Under the pieces are notes generated by a model. It had not been told where the DNA came from, did not search any database, and saw nothing but the letters and a program-made list of their open reading frames with translations. Shown one piece after another: positions 29,696 through 40,182 of a stretch of DNA of 64,000 bases. Origin of the DNA: a bacterium. Its GTDB lineage: Bacteria; Zhuqueibacterota; Zhuqueibacteria; Residuimicrobiales; Krinioviventaceae. Each line of letters starts with the position of its first letter. The stretch's first letter is position 1. Made by a program: the position numbers and the translations under genes. Location: NCBI GenBank assembly GCA_963675755.2, contig CAXXMD010000003.1, positions 800,001-864,000 on the forward strand, given 5' to 3'.

Positions 29696-29736
29696 AAAAA
29701 AAATCGACGAACGCAGAAAATCTATCTGTTCGCCGA
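29696..29736 (-). terminator. Terminator-like hairpin between tRNA-Leu and tig
   Basis: - strand TCGGCGAAC...GTTCGTCGA followed by T8. Confidence 0.6.
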
Positions 29737-29754
29737 CCGTCTATTCTCTACGCT

Positions 29755-29840
29755 TGGTGCGAGAGGGGGGAGTCGAACCCCCAAGCCCATGGGGCACTAG
29801 ATCCTAAGTCTAGCGCGTCTGCCAGTTTCGCCACTCTCGC
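29755..29840 (-). tRNA. tRNA-Leu (anticodon TAG), CCA encoded
   Basis: Acceptor GCGAGAG/CTCTCGC-ACCA; D-loop TGGC; anticodon arm CTAGA-CTTAGGA-TCTAG; long variable arm; GGTTCGACTCC T-arm. Confidence 0.97.
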
Positions 29841-29852
29841 ATACAGATGTTA

Positions 29853-29881
29853 AATATATAAATATTTACAAGTAAAGTCAA
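29853..29881 (-). promoter_or_regulatory. Sigma70-type promoter for tRNA-Leu/tig
   Basis: TTGACT-17 nt-TATATT ending 12 nt before the tRNA 5' end. Confidence 0.7.
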
Positions 29882-30039
29882 TTCTTTTTTGGTATTCATG
29901 AGGACATACAAGGATTCTTGATTGCAGAAATAGAGTGAAAAATATACAATAAAATTCGGTTTTTGCAGATTTTTTTGAATTTTTTTTTATAATCGTGTGT
30001 TATTATGTTCGTCGATTACAAAAAAAACTACAAGAACCT

Positions 30040-30573
30040 ATGACACAAAAAACACTTATAATCTATAGCAGCGGTTACGGTACAACCAAAGAAGTTGCCG
30101 AGACAATTGGAGAATTAATATCAGAAAACAATTCAGCATCTGTTGATTTGCAATTGATTGACTCGCCGCAAGACATTGATGCCTTTGACACTATAATTAT
30201 TGGTACTTCAATAAGGGCCGATAATTTACTGGCAAACACACGTGATTTCATCTCAGCAAACAAATCTCTATTAAAAAACAAAAAACTTGCCATGTTTATC
30301 CTAAGCCTGACTGCGAACTCGAAAGAAGGTCAGGAAAAGATAATTACTACCTATTCTCAGCAATTAAAAGATCATTACCCTGATTTGGACTTTAAAAGCA
30401 TTGCTGCATTTGGTGGTAAAATTGATTTTCAACGTCTCAACCCTGTTATGCAGAGTTTGATATTGCAGGTTTTCAAAAAAACCGGAGTTAGATCTAATGG
30501 CAGTATTGATACACGTAACTGGGACAAAATAAAAATCTGGGCATCCGAATTACAACAAATACTTTTAAATTGA
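30040..30573 (+). CDS. Flavodoxin-domain protein (HemG-like), paralog 1
   Basis: LIIYSSGYGTTKEVAE FMN loop; IIIGTSIR; AFGGKIDF; DTRNWDKI..W. Confidence 0.85.
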   Translation: MTQKTLIIYSSGYGTTKEVAETIGELISENNSASVDLQLIDSPQDIDAFDTIIIGTSIRADNLLANTRDFISANKSLLKNKKLAMFILSLTANSKEGQEKIITTYSQQLKDHYPDLDFKSIAAFGGKIDFQRLNPVMQSLILQVFKKTGVRSNGSIDTRNWDKIKIWASELQQILLN

Positions 30574-30656
30574 AAAAATGAGTAATTTTTTTCTGGCATT
30601 TTATCTGCAAGATCTATATTTTACTTTTTTCAACTTGTCACTAACAGGAAGAAATA

Positions 30657-31187
30657 ATGGAAATCCTCGTCACTTATAGCAGCGGATACGGGTCAACCAA
30701 AGAGGTTGCAGAAAAAGTAGCTGAAATCTTGTCCCACGAAAACACATTCAAAATCACCACAGATACGATCGATCAAGTTTCAAACATTGATAATTATGAT
30801 GTAATTATTATAGGCAGCTCTGTTAGAGCTGATTTACCTCTGGCAAATGTTAGAGATTTTTTAGCAAGAGAACGTCATGTTTTGCCTCAGAAAAAAGTTG
30901 CTTTTTTTGCTGTTTGCCTTGCAGCCACTTGCATTGACGGAAGAGAAGAAATAAAAAGAGAATTTATCAATCCATTGTTTGAAAAATACCCCGAAATTCA
31001 CTTGATACAATCTGAAGCCTTTGGCGGTAAAATTGATTTTGCCAAGATGAATCCGGTTATGCAGGAAATCACCAAAACCGTCCTTAAACGCAAAGGCTTA
31101 CCTTCAGAGGACAATATTGACACCAGAGATTGGGAATTTATTGAATCCTGGACAAAAATGTTGATTGAGGACCTGAAAGGCAATTAG
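30657..31187 (+). CDS. Flavodoxin-domain protein (HemG-like), paralog 2
   Basis: ILVTYSSGYGSTKEVAE; FFAVCL; AFGGKIDF; DTRDWEFI..W. Confidence 0.85.
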   Translation: MEILVTYSSGYGSTKEVAEKVAEILSHENTFKITTDTIDQVSNIDNYDVIIIGSSVRADLPLANVRDFLARERHVLPQKKVAFFAVCLAATCIDGREEIKREFINPLFEKYPEIHLIQSEAFGGKIDFAKMNPVMQEITKTVLKRKGLPSEDNIDTRDWEFIESWTKMLIEDLKGN

Positions 31188-32446
31188 CCTCTCTGTTCAG
31201 GTACAAACAAGTTGGCCTGAGACAACACAAACCCTTTAACTTTATCATCTGCCAGCAATTCTTTGGCTAAGCGCATTGCCTGTTCCATGGATTTTGCGGG
31301 AACCATACCGGTTTTTCTTACCAATTGATCATCCAGTTCAGATACCAGAATTATTGAAACATCCTCAGCTTTACTTTTCAACGAAAGCGCGGTATGGCCG
31401 TTTATTTTATAATCTGTTAACAGTTTTTGTCCAATTGCAGAAGCATTATCCTGTTCAAAATAAGGCATAAACGTAGCAGAACCTGCTCCCTCGTTGCATG
31501 CTGCCGCGGCAATGATTACGCCTCCGGACTTGACTGCCTGATATGCATGAAAAATAGCTTTATGCGATTGTACCAGATTTACATCAGAGGGAAACCCTCC
31601 CGCACCGGCAACCACAATATCTGCTTTTTCATCATAATACACGGTATACAATTCACGGACCTTGGCGCAAACAACACGCTGCGTTTCAAGCACAGGTCCG
31701 GCTTTTGCCATAACAATTTTACCGTCAGTGTCCAGTGCAAATTGCAGCGATGAAATATTGTCAAAAAAGCCCAGGGCTTGCTTTAAATCAAGATAGACAG
31801 GATTAGTATCTATATTACCTTCAGTACAGTCTTTATGATAGGTGCCTGTCGCAGGGTCAATTGTGCGACTGTGGTTTTGCCGTATAGTCTCATAACCCGC
31901 TACTCCGGGCAGCAGCATTTTGGGACCGCCGCCAAAACCGGCAAAATAATGAAAAAGGATACCACCAATTGTTACGATATGATCAGCTTTTACGACTTTA
32001 GCATTGAGATAGATTTGCGTGCCATTTGTAGTATCACCCACATACGATAAAGCAGAACCATCTTTAGCATCATGTTGAGTGATCCGTATGGAACCATACA
32101 ACGATTCCCCAACCAACTTGCGTATAATAGATTCCGGCTGTAGCACATGACTTCCGTTAGCAACCAGAAACTCGGGTTCTATATCAAGACGGGATTTAAA
32201 GGCGTCAATTAATTCAGGTAAAACAAGGGGCAATCTACACTTTCTGGTGTGATCGGGTATGATACACAAAACCGATTCGCCGGATTTTACATTTTTTTCG
32301 AGCTGAGTCAAAAGTTCTTCAACACCCTGGCGAATCAAATCCATTTCATTTGAAAATGCTGACGTGGCTTTTGGCTCAAGCACCGACCAGTCAACATTTT
32401 CAAATGGAGTAAACTCTATATATTGCTTACCGTATTTTAATTTCAC
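31184..32446 (-). CDS. larA: Nickel-pincer-dependent lactate racemase (LarA) family protein
   Basis: IPDHTR, ANGSH, HYFAGFGGGPKMLLPG, NHS, GGFPSDVNLVQSHK, CNEGAG motifs. Substrate not determined. Confidence 0.88.
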   Translation of the reverse strand: MKLKYGKQYIEFTPFENVDWSVLEPKATSAFSNEMDLIRQGVEELLTQLEKNVKSGESVLCIIPDHTRKCRLPLVLPELIDAFKSRLDIEPEFLVANGSHVLQPESIIRKLVGESLYGSIRITQHDAKDGSALSYVGDTTNGTQIYLNAKVVKADHIVTIGGILFHYFAGFGGGPKMLLPGVAGYETIRQNHSRTIDPATGTYHKDCTEGNIDTNPVYLDLKQALGFFDNISSLQFALDTDGKIVMAKAGPVLETQRVVCAKVRELYTVYYDEKADIVVAGAGGFPSDVNLVQSHKAIFHAYQAVKSGGVIIAAAACNEGAGSATFMPYFEQDNASAIGQKLLTDYKINGHTALSLKSKAEDVSIILVSELDDQLVRKTGMVPAKSMEQAMRLAKELLADDKVKGFVLSQANLFVPEQRG

Positions 32447-32490
32447 AATTTGTCCTTTTTAATCATATAAGACAAATTAGCAAAATCCAA

Positions 32491-32964
32491 TTAATCAAGC
32501 AAGTTTAAAATCTCTTCACCATGTTCGGCAGCTTTGACTTTATGAAATGCCTGCTCAATTTTGCCATCTTTACCTATGACAAATGTTTTTCGAATAATGC
32601 CAAAATAGGTTTTACCATACATCTTTTTTTCGCCCCACGCGCCAAAAGACTCGGCAACTTTATGATCTTCATCTGCTAAAAGCGGAAAATTTAGCTCATG
32701 TTTTTCAATAAATTTATCATGAGATTTTAAACTGTCAGGACTAACACCCAGCACAACAGTATCTTTATCTTCTATTGCCGGCAGATTGTCGCGAAAAGAA
32801 CACGCCTCCTTGGTGCAGCCGGATGTATTGTCTTTGGGATAAAAATACAGAACAACTCGCTTTTTACCCAAATAATCCTGCAAAGAAATGGTTTCACCTG
32901 TACTTGATGGCAAGGAAAAATCAGGTGCCTTGTCTCCTTTTTCCAACAGCTTTACATCACTCAT
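32491..32964 (-). CDS. bcp: Peroxiredoxin Bcp/PrxQ
   Basis: LYFYPKDNTSGCTKEACSFRD. Confidence 0.95.
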   Translation of the reverse strand: MSDVKLLEKGDKAPDFSLPSSTGETISLQDYLGKKRVVLYFYPKDNTSGCTKEACSFRDNLPAIEDKDTVVLGVSPDSLKSHDKFIEKHELNFPLLADEDHKVAESFGAWGEKKMYGKTYFGIIRKTFVIGKDGKIEQAFHKVKAAEHGEEILNLLD

Positions 32965-33859
32965 TATACCTCCAATTCAAATATTCAATTCCATTACTAA
33001 ATTCTGTTAATTCCAGATCCAGGTCAGCTAATATCAAAGAGTTATCGCACACATTATCCCGGATTAACATATTTAACCGATCGCGGTCAATAGGAGAAAA
33101 CGGGAACAATTGCGCAATACCTACCAAAAGTTTTGACAATCCCAGTGGAATATGGATCGGCCTGCAGTGTTTCCGGATGGCTTTTCCCAACAGCTCCAGT
33201 TGTTTGTCAAAAGATAAAGCTTCAGGGCCTCCAATATCATATGATTTTTTAAAACTCTTTTCATTTTCCAGAGATCGAGTTACAGCTCTGGCAATATCAT
33301 TTACGGATACCGGCTGATGCTTGTATTTTCCATTTCCAAATACTGGGTACAATCCCAAAGGGCTTTTACGTATTACCTCTGCAATCATGGAATATACAGC
33401 ATCATTAGGGCCATAAATAAAAGAAGGTCGGAAAACAGTATAATCCAAACCACTTTCCCGAACCGCTTTTTCAGCCAGTCCCTTGCTCTTAAAATAAGGG
33501 GTAATTCCTTCTTCGGCAGCGCCCAATGCGCTCATATGGATAAAACGCTTAATGCCACATTCAGACGCAAGTTTTACCAGCTCCTCGGTTGCCTGTGTGT
33601 TTATCCGTTCAAATGTGATGCCTTTACTGGGTTTTTCCTCAATAATAGCTACAAGATGGATTATAGCGTCAAAATCAGCAAGATACTCACGATAACTTGC
33701 AGGGTCAGAGACATCTGCAATCAATTGTTGAACAGGCAGACCATCGAGGCGGGTGTTGGATTTCCTTACAATGCATCCCACTTTAAATCCATTGTCCAGC
33801 AGTTCATTTAAGACAGCTGAACCGACAAATCCGGTTGCGCCTGTTAACAAAACATTCAT
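32957..33859 (-). CDS. NAD-dependent epimerase/dehydratase, NDUFA9-like atypical SDR
   Basis: LTGATGFVGS; FIHMSALGA; YFKSK; FRPSFIYG; QPVSVNDIA. Confidence 0.88.
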   Translation of the reverse strand: MNVLLTGATGFVGSAVLNELLDNGFKVGCIVRKSNTRLDGLPVQQLIADVSDPASYREYLADFDAIIHLVAIIEEKPSKGITFERINTQATEELVKLASECGIKRFIHMSALGAAEEGITPYFKSKGLAEKAVRESGLDYTVFRPSFIYGPNDAVYSMIAEVIRKSPLGLYPVFGNGKYKHQPVSVNDIARAVTRSLENEKSFKKSYDIGGPEALSFDKQLELLGKAIRKHCRPIHIPLGLSKLLVGIAQLFPFSPIDRDRLNMLIRDNVCDNSLILADLDLELTEFSNGIEYLNWRYNE

Positions 33860-34987
33860 TTATACTTTACCTGCAATTATTTCCTGATAATAGGCTTCAT
33901 ATTGTGGTATTATCTTTTGCGTATCAAACACATCGACTGCCTTTGCTCTTGCTTCTCGCTTAAACTTTAGCAGTTTTACATCGTCGCTTAACAAACCGAT
34001 TATACTGTCGGCCATCGCATCAATATCACCAACGTCATGCAAGTATCCATTTATGCCATGATCTACCACTTCGGGTATACCCCCGACGTTAGACCCGACA
34101 ACCGGTGTTTCGCAGCTCATGGCTTCAAGGGCTGCAAGCCCGAAACTCTCTTCGCTACTGGGCAACAGGAACAGGTCCGCACATCCCAGAAGGTTTTCAA
34201 TATAATCCTGGGTTCCCAGATACAATACATCCTCAATCACGCCCAATTCTTTTGCCAGTTCCTGAGAAGCCTGACGCTCCGGTCCCTCACCTACTAACAG
34301 CAAACGACTCGGAACCTTTGCATGGACTTTGGCAAATGCACGAATAATATCCGGCAATCGCTTAACTTTGCGAAAATTTGATGCATGCAGAATTAGCTTT
34401 TCATTATTGGGTTTGAATGGTTTTGCATCACAATTTTTTATTTCACCGGTAAAACGATTTGTATCTACAAAATTATACAATGTTTTAATATTATTCTGAA
34501 TGGAGAATTCTTTTTTTGTACGCTCGGTTAAATAATTAGACACTGCCGTTACACCATCAGATTGTTCAATACTGAATCGAACAGCTTCAAAAAAAGTGGC
34601 GTCTTTACCTACCAGGGTAATATCCGTACCATGTAATGTTGTAACAATCCGGGGACCGGTGCCGTTCATAATCTGCCGTGCAAGATATGCACTGACAGCA
34701 TGAGGTATTGCGTAATGTGCGTGGACCACATCCAGCAAATACTCGCGGGCTATCTCTATGATCTTTGTCGCTAAACTCAGATCATAAGGCGGATATTTAA
34801 ACAAAGGATACGCTGACACATTGACTTCATGATAAAACACATTTTGTTGAAATCCACGCAAACGAAACGGGGAACTGTAACTTATAAAATGGACTTCGTG
34901 TCCCAATTTCGCTAAATTCAATCCCAGCTCTGTTGCCACAACGCCGCTGCCGCCGTGAGTGGGATAACAAACCATTGCAATTTTCAT
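33860..34987 (-). CDS. bshA: N-acetyl-alpha-D-glucosaminyl L-malate synthase (bacillithiol biosynthesis)
   Basis: [22 protein letters not shown]; HAHYAIPHA; [12 protein letters not shown]; SNFRKVKR; [11 protein letters not shown]. Confidence 0.94.
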   Translation of the reverse strand: MKIAMVCYPTHGGSGVVATELGLNLAKLGHEVHFISYSSPFRLRGFQQNVFYHEVNVSAYPLFKYPPYDLSLATKIIEIAREYLLDVVHAHYAIPHAVSAYLARQIMNGTGPRIVTTLHGTDITLVGKDATFFEAVRFSIEQSDGVTAVSNYLTERTKKEFSIQNNIKTLYNFVDTNRFTGEIKNCDAKPFKPNNEKLILHASNFRKVKRLPDIIRAFAKVHAKVPSRLLLVGEGPERQASQELAKELGVIEDVLYLGTQDYIENLLGCADLFLLPSSEESFGLAALEAMSCETPVVGSNVGGIPEVVDHGINGYLHDVGDIDAMADSIIGLLSDDVKLLKFKREARAKAVDVFDTQKIIPQYEAYYQEIIAGKV

Positions 34988-35081
34988 AATCACTCCATAT
35001 TTATGCAAATGTAAACCCCGTTTAATAGAAATGTTATTCCATTTTTTTTTAAATATCAAGGCAAATGTTCAACACTTGGAC

Positions 35082-35110
35082 TTGATTTCTTGAAAGGAAT
35101 TCCGTAAATT
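35082..35110 (+). promoter_or_regulatory. Possible sigma70-type promoter for lepA
   Basis: TTGATT-17 nt-TAAATT about 40 nt upstream of the ATG. Confidence 0.45.
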
Positions 35111-35151
35111 AAATGTTTTTATAGCATGTTTATTCAATTAAAGAAGAGTAT

Positions 35152-36948
35152 ATGAATCAGGAACATATAAGAAATTTTTGTATAATTGCCCATATTGATC
35201 ATGGCAAATCAACATTGGCTGACCGGTTGTTAGAAGAAACCGGCACGCTCAGTAAAACGGAAATGCAGAACCAGGTGCTTGACAGTATGGACCTGGAACG
35301 TGAACGCGGCATTACCATCAAAATGCATGCAATCACCATGGAGTACAAGAGTAAAGACAATCAAAAATATATTCTCAATTTGATTGATACTCCCGGACAT
35401 GTGGATTTTACCTATGAAGTTTCTCGAAGCCTTGCCGCATGTGAAGGCGCTTTGCTCATTGTAGACGCGGCCCAGGGTGTTGAAGCCCAAACCGTCAGTA
35501 ATTTGTACATGGCAATAGAAAACGATCTGGAAATCATTCCTGTCATTAACAAAATTGACCTGCCTAGTGCACAGATAGATGATGTTAAACAGCAAATCAT
35601 TGACCTTATTGGTTGTAAAGATGAAGAGATTGTACTGACAAGTGCAAAAACCGGCCAAGGCATTAGTGATATTCTGGAAGCCATTGTCAAGACGGTTCCC
35701 GCACCAAGCGGTGATCCCGATGCACCCACCCGTGCGCTGATTTTTGATTCCATGTTCAATTCATATCGTGGTGCCGTTGCATACATTCGTATCAAAGACG
35801 GGTATATCAGCAAAGGCCAGGATATAAAATTCTTTTCCACAGGCAAGGTCTATGAAGCCCAGGAAGTGGGCATTTTCCGTATGCAGCAAATAAAACGGGA
35901 CAAGCTCTCTGCAGGTGAAGTAGGCTATATTATTGCCGGCGCCAAAGAAGTCAAGGATACCAAGGTAGGTGATACAATTACAACCATGGATAATCCTGCT
36001 CCTGAACCGCTTTCCGGATACCGTGAAATTAAACCCATGGTTTTCAGCGGATTATTTCCATCCGATACGGATGATTATGAAGACTTGCGTGCAGCGCTTG
36101 AAAAATTAAAGCTGAACGACTCGGCTCTCTTTTATGAACCGGAAACCTCGGTTGCCCTGGGTTTTGGTTTCAGATGCGGTTTTCTTGGCTTACTTCACAT
36201 GGAAATCATCCAGGAACGCCTTGAACGTGAGTACCTGCTCGATCTGGTAACTACAGTTCCCAACGTAGAGTTTCATTGTTACACAAACAGCGGTGAAAAG
36301 CTGATTGTAGACAATCCCGCCAACCTTCCATCTTCGGGAGATATCAATCGTGTCGAAGAGCCTATTATCCGTTCAAGCATATTGACACCGTCTGAATTTG
36401 TTGGTAACATTATGGCATTGGCGCAGGAGAGACGCGGAACTTATTTAAACACCGAATATATCGACAAAACACGCGCCAACCTGCATTATGAATTTCCCCT
36501 TGCTGAGGTTATTTTTGACTTTTACGATAAACTGAAATCCATAACGCGCGGTTATGCATCTTTTGATTATGAATTCAAAGAATACAAACCCAGCAGAGTA
36601 GTACGTCTCGATATCCTGCTCAATGGCGATAAAGTAGACGCTTTATCCGTAATTGTACATGAAGACAAGGCATATGACTGGGGACGCAGAGTTTGTGAAA
36701 AACTCAAAGAGTTGATTCCCAGACAAATGTTTAAAATTGCTATACAGGCTTCTATTGGCAGCAAGGTAATTTCGCGCGAAACCATAAACGCATTACGTAA
36801 AAACGTAACAGCAAAATGTTACGGCGGTGATATCAGTCGTAAACGTAAACTTTTAGAGAAACAAAAAGAGGGTAAAAAGCGAATGAAGCAACTGGGTACT
36901 GTACAGGTGCCGCAGGAAGCTTTTCTTGCCATACTGAAAACTGACTAA
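35152..36948 (+). CDS. lepA: Elongation factor 4
   Basis: [20 protein letters not shown]; [13 protein letters not shown]; [14 protein letters not shown]. Confidence 0.98.
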   Translation: MNQEHIRNFCIIAHIDHGKSTLADRLLEETGTLSKTEMQNQVLDSMDLERERGITIKMHAITMEYKSKDNQKYILNLIDTPGHVDFTYEVSRSLAACEGALLIVDAAQGVEAQTVSNLYMAIENDLEIIPVINKIDLPSAQIDDVKQQIIDLIGCKDEEIVLTSAKTGQGISDILEAIVKTVPAPSGDPDAPTRALIFDSMFNSYRGAVAYIRIKDGYISKGQDIKFFSTGKVYEAQEVGIFRMQQIKRDKLSAGEVGYIIAGAKEVKDTKVGDTITTMDNPAPEPLSGYREIKPMVFSGLFPSDTDDYEDLRAALEKLKLNDSALFYEPETSVALGFGFRCGFLGLLHMEIIQERLEREYLLDLVTTVPNVEFHCYTNSGEKLIVDNPANLPSSGDINRVEEPIIRSSILTPSEFVGNIMALAQERRGTYLNTEYIDKTRANLHYEFPLAEVIFDFYDKLKSITRGYASFDYEFKEYKPSRVVRLDILLNGDKVDALSVIVHEDKAYDWGRRVCEKLKELIPRQMFKIAIQASIGSKVISRETINALRKNVTAKCYGGDISRKRKLLEKQKEGKKRMKQLGTVQVPQEAFLAILKTD

Positions 36949-36952
36949 GCTA

Positions 36953-37711
36953 ATGATTAAACTGTCAAATTTATATAAATCATATGGTAAAGTTGCCGCA
37001 GTAAATAATCTGGACCTGGAAATCAATAATGAATTTTTTGTTTTTTTAGGTCCCAATGGGGCAGGCAAAACCACTACCATAAAAATGATGACAGGTCTCA
37101 TTCAACCTACACAGGGGGCTATAGAGATCGGCGGCATTGATATGCTTCAAGATCCGGAAAACGCCAAGGCAAAGTTTGGATTGGTGCCGGAAGAACCGTT
37201 CCTCTATGAAAAACTCACCGGAATTGAGTATATTCGATTTATTGCCACCCTGCACAAGGTACCCCAATCTCTGACTGAATCCCGTATGCAGCAGTTGTTC
37301 GACATTTTCAACATTCAGGAACGTGTTGGAGACTTTATAGAAGACTATTCGCACGGTATGAAGCAAAAAATTGCCATTGTTGCCGCGCTTATACATGATC
37401 CCCAGGTGCTGATTTTAGACGAGCCCACATCCGGGCTGGACCCCAAAGCTGTCAGAAACCTGAAAGACTTGCTAAAGGGTTGGGTTGAAAAAGGCCGAAC
37501 GGTTTTCATGTCTACACACATTTTAGAGATTGCTGAATCCATGTGCGACAGGATTGGTATTATTAACAAAGGCGAACTTGCAGCCCTGGGCACTCCTGCG
37601 GAATTACGCAGCCAGTACGCTAATAACGGAACGCTTGAAGATCTGTTTCTGAATCTTACAGATTCAGCAGGCAGTGACAGCGTTCATTCTTTTCTGAGCA
37701 GCGAGCAATAA
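36953..37711 (+). CDS. ABC transporter ATP-binding protein (ABC-2 type)
   Basis: GPNGAGKTT; YSHGMKQK; LILDEPTSGLDP; STH. Confidence 0.95.
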   Translation: MIKLSNLYKSYGKVAAVNNLDLEINNEFFVFLGPNGAGKTTTIKMMTGLIQPTQGAIEIGGIDMLQDPENAKAKFGLVPEEPFLYEKLTGIEYIRFIATLHKVPQSLTESRMQQLFDIFNIQERVGDFIEDYSHGMKQKIAIVAALIHDPQVLILDEPTSGLDPKAVRNLKDLLKGWVEKGRTVFMSTHILEIAESMCDRIGIINKGELAALGTPAELRSQYANNGTLEDLFLNLTDSAGSDSVHSFLSSEQ

Positions 37712-37712
37712 A

Positions 37713-39341
37713 ATGCTGTTTGTTTTGATAAAAAACAGATTATTGCTGCTTACCGCTTTTCTTCGTAAAAAAAAACGCTCCCAACTATCGCAGTCGCGTT
37801 CTTCGCTCGCTTTTGCTGCTGTTCATCCCCTGGTGGGTGTATCAATCAACAGTTGAGCTCTTTTCCAGCTGGACGATGCTTCCCGGCTTTAAAATTGATA
37901 TCATCTTCAACTATACGCTTCTCAGTATTACCGGCTTGTTTTTTCTCATGATCTTTAGCGGCATACCGCTTGCGCTGCATTACCACTTTTTGGCCAAAGA
38001 TCTGCCGCTCTTGTTTTCACTGCCCATTAAAAAAAACCACCCTGTTTCAATACAAACTGTTTGAAACAAACACTCGCCAACAGCACTGCCTTTGCCCTAA
38101 TTGGCTTACCCATTCTTTTGGCCTTGTTTTTTGTGTTAAATTATAACCTGGTTTATCTGATTCCTTTTTTGATCTTGATAGCTGTTTTCCTGATTATCCC
38201 TTCCGGAATCTCTTCCCTCTTGTCAGCGTTAATTGCTTTCATGCTGCCGGTAAAAAAAAGCCGCCAGGTATCTTCAATCATACTGGGATTCATAATCATT
38301 GGAATATGGACTCTGATTCAGTTTTATAATTTTGACCGCATTGACCCGTTTTCGGGTGAATTTGATCGCGCTATTTTTGAGCACTATTTAGGCGACAACT
38401 CGATCCAGCACATGAGTTGGATGCCTCCTGTCTGGCTGATTTTGTCGTTAAAAACGCTGTTAACAGGTACAATTACTCATTTCGTCCTTTATGCGGGTTT
38501 GCTAACCGGGATGTGTATTGTACTGGGTTATATATCTTCCTGGTTATTGCAATACGCACACGATAATGAAAAATTTGTTTTTTCAGAGACTGCAATGTTT
38601 CCACATCAAGCAGTAAAAAGAACCAGTAAAGCAACTCAAATTAAAAGCCACAAGGTTTTTACTGCATTGATAGAGCGGGACTGGAAACTCAACATCCGTG
38701 ACAGTCGATTTGTAACACAAATGTTCTTTTTTGTTGCGCTGGTGATTGTGTTTTCCACGGCACTGAACACAACCCTGCCTATTACAAATGAAACTATTAG
38801 TCACTATCAGCCGTTTACATTACTGATACTTGCTGCAACGATTATGGCAGGCGGACTGGCATCCCGTTCCATTGCAATAGAGAAAAAAGCATTTTATAAC
38901 AATCTGCTTTGCCCGTTGCCGTTTTCTTTTCTGCTGCATTCAAAAAAGGTGTTACCCGCAATATTGACATTTTTAGCAGTATTCATCGGGTTGCTTACAA
39001 TTTCTATTATTAGCAGACCCTCACTGATTATTATTGCACAAATGACTGTTTTTCTGTTGTTTCACATTGCTGCCATTACCGGGATAGGATTATTGATAGG
39101 CGTAAAATACTCTCAATTAAAATGGGACAATCCCCGCGCCATGCTGGGCGAAACCGGAGGCGTTTTGTTGAATGTATCCATTTTGTTATATACCGGCATT
39201 TTGGTTTTAACCGGTGCTGCTTTGGCTGCAATAAACACCTGGTTTGCTTTAATAATTATGATTATCTTGTCTATAGTTACATTTTTAGCTACATCTATAA
39301 TTGCAAAAAAACAAATGGTTAAAATAAAAGAATGTTTTTAG
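37713..39341 (+). pseudogene. ABC-2-type permease (~540 aa) interrupted by frameshifts in A runs (real or sequencing artefact)
   Basis: ATG 37713 lies 1 nt after the ATPase stop. Removing one A at 37767-75, one at 38029-36 and one at 38068-70 joins the fragments into ...KKNAPNYRSRVLRSLLLLFIPWW...LFSLPIKKTTLFQYKLFETTLANS... Many TM segments; ALIERDWKLNIRD motif. Confidence 0.75.
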
Positions 39342-39348
39342 AGGAAAG

Positions 39349-40071
39349 ATGAAAAAGAAAAATGTTATTCGAGATTATGTAGAGTCTTTTGCGTTTGCAT
39401 TGATTGTTGCATTACTGATCCGTGCGGTTATCATCCAGTCTTATAGAATACCTACCGGATCCATGAAAGATACACTTTTGGTGGGTGACTTTTTACTGGT
39501 TAACAAGTTTGTTTACGGAGCCAAAACCCCTGACCGTATCATTCTTACCGACATACAGCTCCCCTCTTTTCGATTTCCCGCTGTAAAACAACCCAAACGG
39601 GGTGATATTGTAGTTTTTCAGTATCCACGTGACAAAAAACTGAATTACATCAAACGCTGCGTAGCCCTGGCCGGAGACACCATAGAAGTCAAAAACAATG
39701 TCGTGTTTTTGAATAATAAACCTTACGAAACTGCAGAATTCCAGAAAAAAGAATATGATCCCGAAGACCGTTTTGAAGTCAACTATTACTCGGTCAAGAC
39801 ATCTCTGGGTAAAGAATATACTATTCGCCGCTATGCTAAATACAAATCCAGGCTGGCAGATTTCGGACCGGTAGTCGTGCCTGAAAATCATTTGTTCATG
39901 ATGGGAGACAATCGGGATAACAGCGCAGACAGCCGTGTTTGGGGATTTATGCCCATGGAAAACATTGTGGGCGAAGCGCTGATTATCTACTGGTCATGGG
40001 ACAAGTTCCCACCCTTGTGGAAGATTGTATCCAAGGTCAGATGGGAGCGCATTTTTGACGTAATCCGTTGA
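39349..40071 (+). CDS. lepB: Signal peptidase I, paralog 1
   Basis: IPTGSMKDTL (Ser); YIKRC (Lys); GDNRDNSADSR. Confidence 0.96.
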   Translation: MKKKNVIRDYVESFAFALIVALLIRAVIIQSYRIPTGSMKDTLLVGDFLLVNKFVYGAKTPDRIILTDIQLPSFRFPAVKQPKRGDIVVFQYPRDKKLNYIKRCVALAGDTIEVKNNVVFLNNKPYETAEFQKKEYDPEDRFEVNYYSVKTSLGKEYTIRRYAKYKSRLADFGPVVVPENHLFMMGDNRDNSADSRVWGFMPMENIVGEALIIYWSWDKFPPLWKIVSKVRWERIFDVIR

Positions 40072-40094
40072 TAGCGATCTTTTAACCAACTTTT

Positions 40095-40125
40095 AAGGGC
40101 GGCAAGCAATTGCCGCCCTTTTTTT
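40095..40125 (+). terminator. Intrinsic terminator between the two lepB copies
   Basis: AAGGGCGGCAA-GCAA-TTGCCGCCCTT-TTTTT. Confidence 0.88.
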
Positions 40126-40182
40126 ATCGCTTGTTTTTTAGACAAAATTTGATTTATTTATGTTTTTAGAAAACGAGGTGAA

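Noticed and set aside
29755-29840. tRNA-Leu as an integration site for an island or prophage
   Set aside because: No integrase, no duplicated tRNA 3' end seen, and the usual tRNA-Leu-tig-clpP-clpX order is intact.
37854-38064. Selenocysteine or stop-codon read-through at TGA codons in the permease fragments
   Set aside because: The fragments are in different frames, so read-through cannot join them sensibly; frameshifts in A runs explain the breaks.
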